The position numbers and the translations under genes are program-made. The notes below the pieces were generated by a model. That model searched no databases and was not told the DNA's origin. It worked only from the letters and a program-made list of their open reading frames with translations. Shown here in pieces: positions 12,921 to 26,477 of a DNA stretch of 64,000 nucleotides. The stretch comes from Fimbriosthenelais zetlandica (taxonomy: Eukaryota), in NCBI GenBank assembly GCA_977030845.1, contig OZ365110.1, positions 19,902,001 to 19,966,000 on the forward strand. The letters run 5' to 3'. Position 1 is the stretch's first letter. Each line of letters begins with the position of its first letter.

Positions 12921-13337
12921 GTTCTAGGGCTCACTGACACTAGGTCCACTGCTACTGCAGAGCTCTAAGGGGGACTGCAATGATCTTCCCCAGAAATTTC
13001 CCGAATTTAATTGAGTCTTACAACTATTGAAAGGTGCAGTACTTAGGCCTACTTTACCCGGACTAAATGAGTGGGCGATAATATGGTCCTCCTTGACGAT
13101 AATATTCACATGACATGCCCTCAGCTATTGCATTGGAAGTGACTTAATTGTTCCAAATCTTCATTTCAAGATTCAAGATCAAATTAAATTAACTGGAACA
13201 AACATACATGAATGGGAAGAGTCGGGGAGATCTGATCTACGTTCCAAATAACCTTTGGATATGCCTAATAGGCTAATTTGATGTTTTAATGCTATGCTTT
13301 TGGCATGCCCTGTCAGACGGGTGAACTACCTACTCAC

Positions 13338-13368
13338 CTCCTTGGCGGCTCACTATACCTTCACTCAC
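13338..13368 (-). other. Candidate 31-nt minus-strand exon that begins with a donor consensus
   Basis: Minus strand reads CCTTTACCTACAG|GTGAGTGAAGGTATAGTGAGCCGCCAAGGAG|GTGAGT. Confidence 0.3.
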
Positions 13369-13725
13369 CTGTAGGTAAAGGCTAAACTCGCCCTTTATCT
13401 TCCATATAACCAGCTGATTCCAAGGGACTTAGACATAACCAACATCTAGGCCTACAGGGAAATATAAAATATGAGCTGCGAGTTATCGGTCTATGATTCA
13501 TATGGAATAGGACTACTATTAAAACCATAGACAGGAATATTATAGGCAACACTGATTGCAGTGTTTATAGCCTACGCAATAAGGAATTTGACTGCTACAC
13601 ATTTCTCAAACTTGGAGAGATTTCTAAGCCCGATGTAAATTTACGATTGTGGCAGAGGATCTTACACCAGTTTATATGCTCTGAGTAGCTATTGGACAGC
13701 ATTTCGAAGAATATTAATTGATGCA

Positions 13726-13822
13726 ATGAACATGAATAACACAGACAGTCAGGAATCCAATGAATCAAGACAAAACAAGAAACAACTGGGTCGACTGAAC
13801 CCGATTGACCTCCTCCTAAGTG
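13726..13822 (+). CDS. Candidate first coding exon downstream of the promoter, product unknown
   Basis: Reads MNMNNTDSQESNESRQNKKQLGRLNPIDLLLS and ends at a good donor AGTG|GTAAGC (13822/13823, phase 1), about 1 kb after the promoter donor. The acceptor (GGACAG at 13699) lacks a pyrimidine tract, and I recognise no homology. Confidence 0.25.
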
Positions 13823-14734
13823 GTAAGCAAATATTGTAAAATCATGAAAATTTTATGTTATGATTATCTAATATTATTTTGATTGTTATGATACAGCACT
13901 TAATTTAACCTCACCTTGATGTTTTAGCCTACCGGTACATCATTTCAATACCATTTTCACTTTTACTGTTGGTCTAGGTAAAGATAGGATATATATAAGA
14001 GTTAGCCAATTCCTATAGTTGTGAATATAGAGGCTAGGATGGCTTTACCAGAGAAACATAATGTAGATCATTCTTTTACCCATGATCACTTTGGTAAAAC
14101 TATCAGACATAATCAGTCCATGAAAATGCGATGGGCATTCCTTGTTTTCTGGATCAGTGGCTCTCTGAGATTGGATGGAGTCCACTGAATTGGCACAGGC
14201 CCTATGGTGGTATTCTGTTAAGGATGTATGCCTGGAGACCATGGTTGACTGTTGAATTCACAATGGGACAGTTTAAAAAAAGTGTTCTACAGCTGTATAT
14301 AGGACCTACTGAATTGGTACATAGTCATTTTAACTGTGCAGATATATAAGTAGTGAAATTGGTTTGCAGTTGATTTTCCCCTCGATTTTCCAGACGATTT
14401 TACCCTCTTACATTCTTGGAATTGCAATTACCCGAGGCAAAACTTGTCTTTGTATATTTTAAAATAATTATTGCAACTCACTACATGTATATTAGCTTGG
14501 TCAATCCTCTATTTTCCAAACCTCTATAACCCTGTTTTCCAGTACCCACAGACACCCACTTTAACTTTAGTCGTATGAACGACAGCTTAAATACATATCT
14601 TTTCTTAATGTAAACACGAGTGGCACTCTCTGGAGAAATAGAGTGTTTGCTAACAAGCAGCAGGTGGTCGAGCAGAAAGGGATGAAATATATGTGACATT
14701 AGTCCCAGCACCTGTTGAAGCAGGAGCTACTCAC

Positions 14735-14894
14735 CTGCTCGCAACCAACTCTCGCTCTCTCATTTTTGAAGTTCTAGATGTCAAAGATTTTGAACTCGGA
14801 AGAGATGGGAGTCATTTTGGAAAGTAAAAGGTCAGACCAGCCTATTCTGAGAGTTTGATTGCTAAAACAGCCAGAAAGCATATGTTTTCAGGAC
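14735..14894 (-). other. Candidate 160-nt non-coding minus-strand exon
   Basis: Minus strand has acceptor CTAATTCTTAATTTTCACAG| and donor GAGCAG|GTGAGT. There are stops in all three frames, so it could only be UTR or lncRNA. Confidence 0.35.
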
Positions 14895-16740
14895 CTGTGA
14901 AAATTAAGAATTAGTTCCAAATGGTGAACAAGTAGAAAAGTAGCTCAGGTGTTTTGGAAATGAGAGATAGAAATGGAGATTGAGGGAACAGAGCCCATAT
15001 CGTTTTCTGAACTATGAACTTTTGGGCTAGACATTAATATATGGATTGATCTTTGCTGCAGGCAAAGTATGCAACAGTCAGATAGAGTGAGGTTTTCTAG
15101 GGCTTAATGGAAGTTCCAACTCGTGGAAGAACTAGTCGATTATTAATTATTTAACTTTGAAGCAGGATAACCGATTATTGTTCTCATGCACTTAAACCTA
15201 CTTTAACCTAGCTGTACCGGTCTATTAAAATTCTTAATTTGCTTGGATATTCTCATTTGTAGTAAGGCCTATCCTTATGGACCCATACACACTTGTGAGC
15301 TACTCCTTGTCCCTGGTGTTGGAGCCGAGAGGCGAGTAACTCTGAGCTCTTAGACCCAGGGAAATTATACTTGTTAGCAATTACTCCAGGTGGCGACTCT
15401 GAAACTCCTCCCATGTACAGATCCCAGTTGTGATCCTACCTCTGCTTTCTATACAGAAATCTGTGCATTTGACATGATGATGTATAGGTTTTAAAGTGTA
15501 TTGTAAGGAGGAAAATGAGAGACTACATGACTAAATAGTCTAATAGTCTAATTACTCCCGAGGCAGTAACTGGGACAATCTATGGATTTCTTTGAGAAAA
15601 AGAAATACCTAATTTGATCATACGTTCCTTTTCCTTAAATTAAGGCAGTATTAAAGTTAGCATTGCACTGGACACGTTTGGATCACAATGTTGTTTGTAT
15701 GCCCGAAATCCTTTTTGGAACGTATCCGATTCATATTATCTTGACAAGGTCCATTTCACTCAGGGTATCTGTCAGCTTTTTTCAATTAATATCTTTCCTG
15801 GTGTGTCTTTACTGGTCTTGAATTGATTCGAACCAATGAGATGTGTTAGGAGATTCCGCGTCTCAGTGCCAAAATTGTTTAAAAGCGATCTCCATTCTTT
15901 TCATTTCTTGCAGCTGCTGATAATTCCAAAAGTTGAATAGTTCCTTATTTTTTATCATTGATCTGTAGTTGAAAAAATAATTAAGCAGGCTTCGAAATCA
16001 AAAGAGAATGAGCCAGGCTGTCATTCCAATTTTCCCGATAACACCGCTTTTACAGATGACCCTCCACCTTTTTCCCATCGGGAAAACAGAAATCAGAAAA
16101 AACATTTTGTGGACTTGTATTTCCATCAATGTTTCAGAGTGATTTATATTATTCTTTTTAGTTGGGTAAAGCCAAACAAGTTTATATTACAGTCACTTCA
16201 AAGGCTCCATAACTTTCATCATATATATACAGCTGATGGTAGCAATACTTAATGTACTATTGATTTGATGTAAGATAATATTATTTCACTTGGCTGGATC
16301 CCATCTCCACAATTGTCATGCCTATTCATATTTTGATCGCTGGCTGCTGACTAGGTTTATCAATGCAAAGGCCTTCAACAAGGTAGCACAGAGTGCCATT
16401 TTGGATGAACATTTTAAATTCTAAAACCGATTGGGAATCAAAGCTCTTAGCAGTGTATTTTACAATTGATGTGTTATGATCAGACCAGTAGAATCAGCAG
16501 GGACTATTGGTACATTGAATGGATGAAACGCCTTTGGCTGAGTCAATATTTATAACCCAGGTACATTAATGCCTCCCACTTAACATGCATTAATACAGAG
16601 TAGATATACGAATAGAAAACTATTCAAATATTAGTGTTGATGCAATATTTCTGTTATATTACATGTATGTCACCACCATAATGGCCAGGTGTTCATCAAC
16701 ATTGAATCTCAGTTTGCTATGCCCTGCATTACTTCTATTA

Positions 16741-16884
16741 CATAGTCTTTACCATTTGATTCAATACATTGAATCTAGCTTGGACAAAGTTTTCAGAGTC
16801 AAAACTTTTGACCTGTCCTCTCAAGGAAAAATAGTGATTACCAAAGAGATTAATTGGCATAACATTAGGGTCTATGGGATATCC
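16741..16884 (+). mobile_element. Faint L2/CR1-type LINE reverse transcriptase remnant
   Basis: HSLYHLIQYIESSLDKVFRVKTFDLS...NIRVYGIS follows the order of the RT segment (..L..I...LD...V...FxDLSKAFD...L..YGI). The invariant KAFD is lost and no QG or YADD motif is found. Confidence 0.3.
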
Positions 16885-19800
16885 TAGTAGGTTTTGCACG
16901 AAATTTGAATCGGCATTATGTAGAGTGCAGGGTTGGGGCTCAGGGTTCCCTGTGCCAGCACAATCCAATCGATAGTCTTTTAGAACGATTCCTGATCCAT
17001 CTGTCATGCTGGAAAAAGATGGATCTCGCCGTAATGGTGGTGTGGCACTGAAACTATAGGAGGATCTTTAAAGACACTTAACTCTATGAACAACCTTTAG
17101 TTTTTTCCCTTTGGTACTCAGTATTGGACAAGAGTTTACAATTTTATCCAACCCAATTTTTTTATTTAGTAAAGTGACCAATAATATTTTGAGAAGTCTC
17201 ATTGGTATTTAAGTTGATATGGAATTCAGAATATATTAGAAATTTAATTGTTACACTTTTTAGTTTTATATAACAGAACATAGACCTATATACCTTCTTT
17301 GAGCGCCATTGCCTTTCTGAAATGGGCCTCTGTTTGAGAGGACCCATCGGCCCCTGTGTCTCTAGTGGAAATTAATTCAATATATCATTATGTTTTTCTC
17401 TTTCATCAAAAACTAGCCTACATATTTTTGGGAAGACCTGAATACCAGTTCATGCCTTAAAATTCATATTGAATGGGGTTACATATCATTTTACAGAATT
17501 CTGAATGACCCTCTCCCATTCGCATTGATGCGCCTTTCATCCACAGCAAACCTCATCCATTTTCCTATGACATCTCCTTTATCATTCTATTGATGATAGT
17601 ATTAATATCTCCAATATATCTCTAGTATCACACTTCCCCCTATGTTACCAATGTGTGGGTTCATATAATTATAGCCTGGCAGCATATACCTTGTTTGTAT
17701 TTGCATTATCAGATGAACAAACTGTTATACACTTTGGTTCCAGTCATTATATCCTGCCTTCGGTACTAGACAAACATGATTGGTAATATTAGGGCAGGCC
17801 CCTGCATTCCTTGACCTTTCTTCCCAAGTTTGGATGATCATGCGATGTGTGTAGGGAGAGAGGAACAGGTGGTTTCTGTCGATGGCTGGCTAACATGTGC
17901 ACAATTTGAAGCAGTGACCACGTGCAGATCACTACCTCTTATTTTGTTTTACTCACTTATAAGTTCTCCTTCCAAATGTTTTCGGAGAAATGAGAATCAA
18001 AGTGAAAACAGTACCTAATATGCCTGGGAAACAGTATCCATGAATATTTCAATCAGAGAACTTTCCAGATTCAAAATAATGCTGAATCCTGATTGCTTCT
18101 GAATCCCATTGAATTCTCTACAGAAATCCCCCAGAATCGTTATGACACTGTGTTAAACGTGGGCTGGCAATAAAGAATCAAAATAAGCACCTACTCGGAC
18201 ACCCTGTCATGCTTGTTTATATTTTTTCCCAATATTCTTTCCGTTTCCCTGCTCTCTTGAGAGCCTTCAATGATTTAGTACATCATAATGCACCTCGTGG
18301 GCTGTATCCCACCTATATCATTGTGGGCATTAAAAAGCCCTATTGTTAACTAAATACCAATATATCAGCCAAGCTAGTCTCTGCTCCACATGCGCTCCCC
18401 TTGATTAATCTATCGTATTCATCTCCCAAGACCGTGGAGAGGGGGCTATTTGTGAAAGAGTATTTGTTCTCATTTACTCTAATCCACGCCCACTTAAAGA
18501 CTTTAATTCCCTACTATCAACTATCAATAATGCTGGTGGTTAGAATGGGGAGAGGGAGCTAATATCCCACCCTTATGACAAACACTATAAAACCTGATAA
18601 TGGTAATGTATTCATTTTTTCCTCCCCATTTCCCGGAGTGGACTCATTCAATTTGAAACGACTGGGTATTTCCTATGCCTACAGTGAATTGGAGAAGGCC
18701 TTTCATCTCTTTTTTCACTGGGATCATTCTTTCTATTTCCTCCTGCTGGGATGAAGATCAAAATGTGTATATAGAAAAGCATGATCAAGTTGTTTTTATT
18801 ATCGGTGATTTGATCTGCCTGACAGTCTCTGAGGGACTTTAGTGGTCAATAAAGGGACTTTGTCATGGTATACCAATGGTTTCATCTCTTTACATCATTG
18901 ACTATATGATTTCATTAGAGTGGCACAGAAATGCCATATGATCCACTGTATCCAAGAAATAGGAGCTCTCAGTGGATAGTACGCCATGTTTAGGCTATCG
19001 GTTCTCAGATTATTGTTTTTTTAATGGTTTCGCTTTAGGAATACCTAGATCATATGTCGGTATTATCACTCAGCCAGCTGCAAAAATATTAACATACAAG
19101 ATTTAATGAAATATAATTTGATCTCCAAATGGCTTTTTTTTACTTATCGTTAAATGTGCATGCATATATATACATGTATTAATTAGATCATTTCGTTTTA
19201 ATGTTAAAAGATATTGTTTCATCTCTAAGCTGTCAGACACCGTAAATTTTAAAAGAGCTGGTATAATGTATGTTTTATGTGCTTAGTCAATGGGGCATGT
19301 GTCTTATGGTATGCATTTTTAGAAGGCGATAATTGTTATGATCTGTTCATGACATCCAAATTAGGTAATTCTGGTCATTTAATGCCCATGACCTTTGCAT
19401 GGTCCTTGGAACAACATTCTCTTGAGCCATTTGCTGGAAATGTGGCTTAATGCCACAGGCTTTATGACCAGACATGGAATAGCTGTTTCCAAACCATTGG
19501 GCGACGGCTTCCTCGTGTCAGTTATTTCCATATGCTTCAGATGTGATACTGTATCAGCTCCCCTATGGTTTCTCCAGTCTGTTATGAAATGTAGCAGTCA
19601 TCTCTTATATAGGGCCCATAATCTAGCTCCAGTCAGTGTGGTATTCCCACATGGATCTTAAATGATCCAAACGATCTCACAGATCAATGACAGAAACCCT
19701 CTCATCCCAGTCTAGGAAATCTATCGAGCTTAATGTATTGCCAGGGAATACCCAGGCTGATGGTTTAGGTTGTATTTGGAGCCTTGGAATCGATTGAAAA

Positions 19801-22800
19801 CTTATATTCCCTGTGATGAAAGGTTCGATTCCACTTGAGGCAGTACCACACACATAACAGTATTTCACTGTTACTGCTTTAATCCATTATTATATATCGA
19901 GGGTTCGATAATCAATTTAATGTGTTTAAGTCTTTCCACTGAATGATGCATTTATAAATGTCTTTCTGATTTGGTAATTACATTTTAATAATAGGCCTAC
20001 AGATAATGCCAATCAGTCACTCCATTAGAAATATAATTATTATTTGTCTTTTTCGATTAAAATAAGTTTCTTCACTTGTACATGACCCCAATTTCTCATT
20101 TCGCAAACATGATTCAACTAAAATGGAAATTAATAACGGAATGATGAGGAACTTGTTCACTTATTGAATTAATGAAAAAAAACATGAAATTGAAAGTCAT
20201 AACCTTGGAATGAAAAAAATAATTTTCTTGATTTTTTTGGTAGTTGTACCACTACATTTTCCCTTCAGAAAGTCTGTTTTGGCGCTGGTAAAACGATCAA
20301 TACATTCAGTCAATGCATGGAAACCCTTATCCTTTCCCCCTTGGGACAGGAGGAAATATACAGGAAACTGAAACCTTGGAGGGAGTTCTTGACAGTACCC
20401 AGATTGATCTTCTATTTTGTGCCTCATGCTATGCATTCCCCAATAGTTTGTGGGAATTGCCCTCCTCTTATTTGTCAACCCTGCCCACCCTGACCTCTGA
20501 CCTGATGCTGCATGCCAGACATGGCTTCCCTGTGATTTGAAATTCAAATCACACTATTACGAGAAGCTTAGTGGTCAGGCGAGCATGCATCTGACACCAG
20601 TGGATGGCCGAAAATGGGAGTAGACTTGACCTAGCCTGCCCCGGGTAGCCAGCCTTGGTGGTACTGCATCCTTCAGCTATTTCAGCTGCAGGAACAGGCT
20701 GGTGGCTGTTCACAAACGGGTCCAATGGTACATCAATACAAGCATGAACACGGGGGGCTAGGCTTCCTGTACTGAGGTGTCAATCAGGGTGCAAAAGCAG
20801 AATATAATAGAGACAGAGATAGGTATGAGTCGTGTCTACTGATGAATATATTGACTTCTCCTGTGATAGAAATGGGAAGGGATCCATGACAAGGACTCAT
20901 TTTGCGTAGCAATCTTTCACCTAAATATTGTTTGGTTAAACAAAACTTGAGAAAATCAGCAACGAAAATTCAGGACTGGTATGAAGAGTTTGATGTTGAA
21001 TATTAATGGACCAGTATGCCATAGGCCACTATAACAAAATTTAAAGGAATATTAAATTGTTGTTCCATTGTCAGAGTAAGTCATCGGGCCCTTCATGCTG
21101 AGCTCATTTGCATAGGAATGTGTTCCGATTAAACACAAGTACCAATTCTGTTGAGCATAAGAGTCAACTTCGAAATTAGAAAAAAAACTAATTTCAATTT
21201 CACAAGAAAAGCTGGGCATTTTGCAGGCCTCGCGTGAAAACATTAATTTAACTATCCATCAAATGTTGTTCACAAGTACAAAAAACACCTGCAATTCTTT
21301 AACTTCTTCCCCCACTCTGCCTCTGCATAACATTTGTTGCTTGAGGCATTCAGGCTCTGAAATTAAAGCATGCCATCTCTTGTAGAACTGATGCATTGTG
21401 TCTCTTTCTCTCATCCTTCCTCTCTTTGTTCTCCATGTCCAGGGAGGGTTTTGAACTAATTTTGGTGAAACATTTGAATGAAAAAATAGAACTGGACAAA
21501 CTGAAAGTGAAATGCACTTTGACCGTTAAAAGATTACTTTTCTGATGAACTCAGATTCTAGCATTTTATATATATAATTAAGCATCAGTCTAGGAAACCG
21601 TCTGACATACAGGCTGTTTGTTTAGCTTTGGAGTTTCCCCCCTTTGCTCGACATCTGGGAAGCCTTCACCGACAAAGAACCTCTTCGTGATAGAGGAACT
21701 CTCCATGGAGATTTTCCCTTTGCGCATGACAGTGAATGAAGGACGGAGTTTAAAGACCTAGCTCTGGATATCCATTACGTTTACACATCGCCAGAACAAA
21801 GATACGATGTTAGGGTCTTCTATGAGACTGTGAAGAAGATTAAAAAAGTACCTTCTACCCTTACTTCAAGAGGATGCATCTTATATGTCACTTCCCCTTA
21901 TAGCGTTTTCATCTAGTAGAGGTTCTCTCAATCTGAGCATACTTGAACTATTTATGTTAAAAAGGTTTGGATATCTCATGTCGTATCTGCCAGGGTAGGC
22001 CCCAAAGTTTCCTATAAAGGTTAATTTTGCTGGCTACTTCCTTTGAGTATCACTTAAAGTTTCATTAATTATGTTTGCTGTTAGCTCTTTAGTGATGGCT
22101 TCGTTGATGGAAGAAATATATTGATATTCTTCATCTATTTGCTCTGGAATTATTTTTTTAATTCTCCAGCCCATGCTAATGCTTGACTCCCTGGTATTAT
22201 ACCATCCAGGGGCGCACTTGTAAGGTGAAATATCAAGTCTAATGGGGAAGAATTAACTGCAGCCAGTCAGAATTCAGGTGTCGCTTAGCCCACTTGAAGT
22301 GGAACCTGAGCTTATTAAAAGTAATGAGCTCATCTTGGTGACACACTCGTTTCAATTAAGGCCTGGCCAATGGTAGGCAGGGCCAAGATAACCTCAGGAA
22401 GGAGGCCCTTCTTCCTGGTGCAGAAATAACAAATGGTGCCAATGTAGCTTACAATCAGAAATATATAATAATGATTTCTGCACTAAGCATGTCTTTCCCT
22501 GATATTTTGATGTGCCATTAAGATTGGCAGGGGTCATAGCGGTTAACTCTTTACTGAGCATATAGGTGGGTGTTGGTAGATTCCCCTCGGGAAGTAATGA
22601 GACATAAATTGGTGCGAATGTTTCTAACAGCCCATGGCTGAACATGCAGTAATGACCCTATATGGAGGTTTCTGTGCTAAGCAGGAAGGGTTGACAAGCA
22701 GGTGTAATAAAGAGAGCACCATTATTATGGACTTTGTTACCCCACTCATGTAAATTGTATGCGATGACAAACCAAACCTGACATACATACAGTTGAATTA

Positions 22801-24035
22801 CTCTTAAATAATACATGCATGCAGCCTTTATTGTGCCATATTTACCTAGATTCCCCATTATCTTTATAGACTATCTCTGTTGCTGATATACATGAAATAT
22901 GTCCTTTTCGTCCTTGTCAGTGACTTGCTACTCCTCGGGAATGAGTTGCTTGGCAACCAGGAGTTGGGCACACTAATTATCTATAGTATATATGTCAGTG
23001 TGTCTGGACATCACCTAGCTTGGAACTGGAAGGCCTTGATGAAGCCCAGAGCTAATTAAAATACTGAATCAGTAAATGTATATCAATCACAAGCTAGCAA
23101 GATGCTCAACAGGTCTAGTAAAGGATAACTAATTAATTACCCTAGCTAATCTTTCTGCATCTTTCAGCATCCAATGAATATACATTAAGAACTGCTTTGC
23201 TTTTTTTGCAGTTTAAATGTACAATTTTTTGACAATCATGGGATCTTTATAGCTGATAGAGTATTTGATGAAAAAATTAATATTTTATTTCATTTTTATT
23301 CTTCATCAGTTCATCGAGGAAAATTCATCGATTTCGTTAATGATCATTGAAACTCATCTTTCAGAATTTTAAGAAAAACCTAACAGTCTCATGCATTCCT
23401 GCTTTAAAAGTAAACTATTGCTCCCATTGCTCCAATCTCCTATCATTGATTGGATGGTGACAGATGGGAAGATCAATATTGATCAGTGTCTCCCTCCTAA
23501 AAATAAGCTGAAGATGATTTCAATTTCATGTGGTTGATGAAGCATGTGATGAATCAGTTGGCGTGACATTTTCTTTATTCTCACACTGCTTACACTATCA
23601 ACATTCATATTGCCTCAGCATTTAGGAGCCTCCTCCATGACACAACCTGATAAGCACGAAATAGCTTCATCTAAGATTTTTAAAATTCTTGCCTCCCACG
23701 GACAATATGGCTACAGTCATTGAGAAAACTCATTACATTTTATTACAATGAGTGCCAGAGGCCTGGCTGGGAACTTAAGGCAATGGAAAATGCTTTTATG
23801 TTGATTGGACAGGGCTTTAAATGCCCCAAATCACAGAATTCGCAGAAGATGATGGGATTCTCAGCAACAATAGAGGATGGACCTCAAATTCGGCGTTCAC
23901 AGCTTGATGATGAAGTTTTTTTAAAAAAAAGGATCAGTGGTGATTTAATGGTGGCGAGTGATTGATAATTAAATAGCAAGCAGGGAATTGATCAGAATCT
24001 ATCCTGTAATTGAAGACAACTGGTCGGACGGTTAG

Positions 24036-24195
24036 GCAGTTGGCTCGCTTCTTGAAATGGACGAGGCTGACCATCTGTTATTCGCAGACATATTTAAACT
24101 GAAGGAAAGTTTTACCCGAACGAAACATTGCTTGTTAAGTTCAAGAAAAACTGTCCTCCCTAGGGCCATTCCTTTCCTATCAGTTGAAAACGAAG
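24036..24195 (+). CDS. Candidate isolated coding exon, product unknown
   Basis: Open frame AVGSLLEMDEADHLLFADIFKLKESFTRTKHCLLSSRKTVLPRAIPFLSVENE ending at a strong donor GAAG|GTAAGA. The acceptor is weak, and the phase does not join the 13726-13822 exon. Confidence 0.2.
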
Positions 24196-26458
24196 GTAAG
24201 ATAAAAAAAAACGAAGAGACATCCTTTTTGCTTTGAATACACCTTCCCGCATACTGATTTGATCCATCGATAAAACTCACTTGAGTTGAAAATAATGATG
24301 ACTAATAGATTATTCCAATTAGGCAAGATGAAAGTCCATATGTTCATTATGTACCCTGGTGAATAAGTAGCGTGTTATTGATGAGTGTCTAATTTGCTGG
24401 AACGATTAACGATCTTGCCTTTCTCTAAAACAACATGGTGCCTCTTTTTCCTGCGCCCATTTCCCATCAATGAACCATTCACCCATAATTATGGCATACT
24501 TATCTTCTGGTTCTCCTTATTGTAGTCATCAGTATATATGTTTCTAAACATGTAATGTTCATGTGAAGTGAAGCTATACTGCTCATCAATATTCATAAAT
24601 GTACTTTCGAGTCCATGATGATAGTTTATGGTATCATTTGTGTCTATTCCTTTGTTAGGTAACAGCAGGCTGCATTGTTAGTACTGCCATTATCTATTCA
24701 CTCTCTTAGCAGTGCTCATGGATACACACACTAAAGTCAATAGGCAGCTTGGGAGTAATCTTTCCTTGTGTGAGGTGTATAAAAAGAAAGAAATACAGGC
24801 TTCTTCAGCCAAGACTGAAAAATCCTTACCCTTTGAACCAAGGATAGCAAACGTTGGAACTGTCAAATTCGGGTTAATAGTTTCCTTATGATCGATATCA
24901 TTTACCATCCTCATTCACTTCCTGCCAAAGGTTATGTGTATGTAAATCTTTGACTTGAACAATTATTCATTTCGCTATCTACATTTCTCTTGGGTACAAT
25001 CTGTTTTCCTCCGTCATTAGAAGAAGCATGTGCCTGTCACAAAGGGGCATATCAAGGGGTCAAAATCTGAAGGCTTTTGTGGAATATGCCCTTAGATCTG
25101 CCCCTTAGATGCCATTTTCTAGTCAATATTATGAGCCAGGCATATATATATAGATCTATATAATAGGATCATGGGAAAACAAAGCCACAAACCAAGGGTA
25201 CATGTATATATCATTATTGACCCATATTGCCAAAGCATGTGCGCTTAGGGGTTACTTAATGTAATCATGCCACTCTGATAAATGGTCTTGCTAAGCTTTG
25301 AATTGATCATATATTCACAAGGCTGAGAATTTCCATGAAGCGGATAATGCTAACAATGCATTTCCCAGATAGTTCCAGTGTTTGGATGAAAATTAAATTC
25401 GTTCGTCTAAAGAAGTTTGAATTCAGCTTAGATAAACAGTTATTTTGGAAAAAATACAATTAAACACTTGCGGGACATGCATAGTTCAAATGGATGTTTC
25501 TCAATCAGGCAACATGTTCTAAACCTATAGCCAAATATTTGGACACCATTACAGTGTGGAACCTTTTATCTATAAAGCTGTTTCTGTAGTTTACTGCAGA
25601 ATGCAAAATTCAAAAGGTTATAGAGAAATAATTATCTATTGGATGTCTCGATAATACGCTATTATTTGTCTCTTATCTGACTGTGACATGAAATGAGCCC
25701 ATGAACAACTATTTTTCAAGAGAGCTTCTGCATGCACGATCATGTAGCAGCATGAATCGACCAAATTATTATAAAAAACATATCTGTAGGAGCCAAAGCA
25801 GGTAGTGTCAGGATGTGATCATGGGTCACGCCTGGCAGTTTTTCATCCATACGCTCAGGGACTTTGGGGATGCCTTGGGGATGTGGGAATACCCACTACC
25901 TGCTCGCTCAGGGTCTTAGAAAGGGCTTGGCCAGGCGCAAGCCAGCCTTTACATCAAGAAGGCGAGACAATGATTTATTGCATCTACTGAACTAAATAAT
26001 CTTGGGGACGTAAAACATAGAAGAGTGTCAGTAGACAGGTCGTAAACAATTGCTTATAGGTTGCCACTGGAATATGTTAAAAGTACATTTATACATTTAC
26101 TTTAGTACATTTATATTGTTAAAGGTAAAAGTTTCGAACACCCATGGTAAAACTACTAATGTTAAAAGCAGGATTTCAAAAAAAGAAAGAAAAAAAAACT
26201 TTGCCTGAATGTTGCACCTGGCGTTGTGAGACTGCCTGTTCCTATAGGAATTCCACAAAGCTGACAGAACAGACATCCATCTGAGTTGAACTATTTGTCA
26301 ATCCCTATGCCTGCTGCTCGTTCCAGCTCCTCTTTATCATTGGTCTAGACAGACCAATTCATGATTCACTCACCAGACTAAATACCATGACGGTCATGTT
26401 ACAAACTAAGTATTCCCTCGGTTTCTGATGAATTAACAGATTTCCATCATGGTCATGA

Positions 26459-26477
26459 CCTTTTCCTGCAGGTGAGC
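26459..26477 (+). other. 3' acceptor abutting a 5' donor (recursive-splice-site-like)
   Basis: CCTTTTCCTGCAG|GTGAGC with the junction at 26471/26472. The branch point is unclear. Confidence 0.3.

Noticed and set aside
15700-15890. Minus-strand peptide GTETRNLLTHLIG...KLTDTLSEMDL, vaguely like an LTR-retrotransposon gag
   Set aside because: It needs a frameshift, has no zinc knuckle, protease or LTR nearby, and the similarity is not distinguishable from noise.
18300-18700. Minus-strand VCHKGGILAPS and LADILVF, resembling RT QGG.LSP and YADD segments
   Set aside because: The key residues are wrong and the spacing is about 60 codons instead of about 40.
19822-19832. GGTTCGATTCC, a Pol III B-box match (another GGTTCGAATC lies on the minus strand near 15830)
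   Set aside because: No A-box at a suitable distance and no cloverleaf stems, so neither is a supportable tRNA or SINE.
20690-20750. GTGWWLFTNGSNG, reminiscent of the fibrinogen C-terminal GGWW motif
   Set aside because: Stops follow quickly, the conserved Cys and NLNG are missing, and there are no flanking domain segments.
24120-24195. RKTVLPRAIPFL, resembling the THAP AVPTIF box
   Set aside because: The C2CH zinc ligands and conserved Trp/Phe of THAP are not present in frame.
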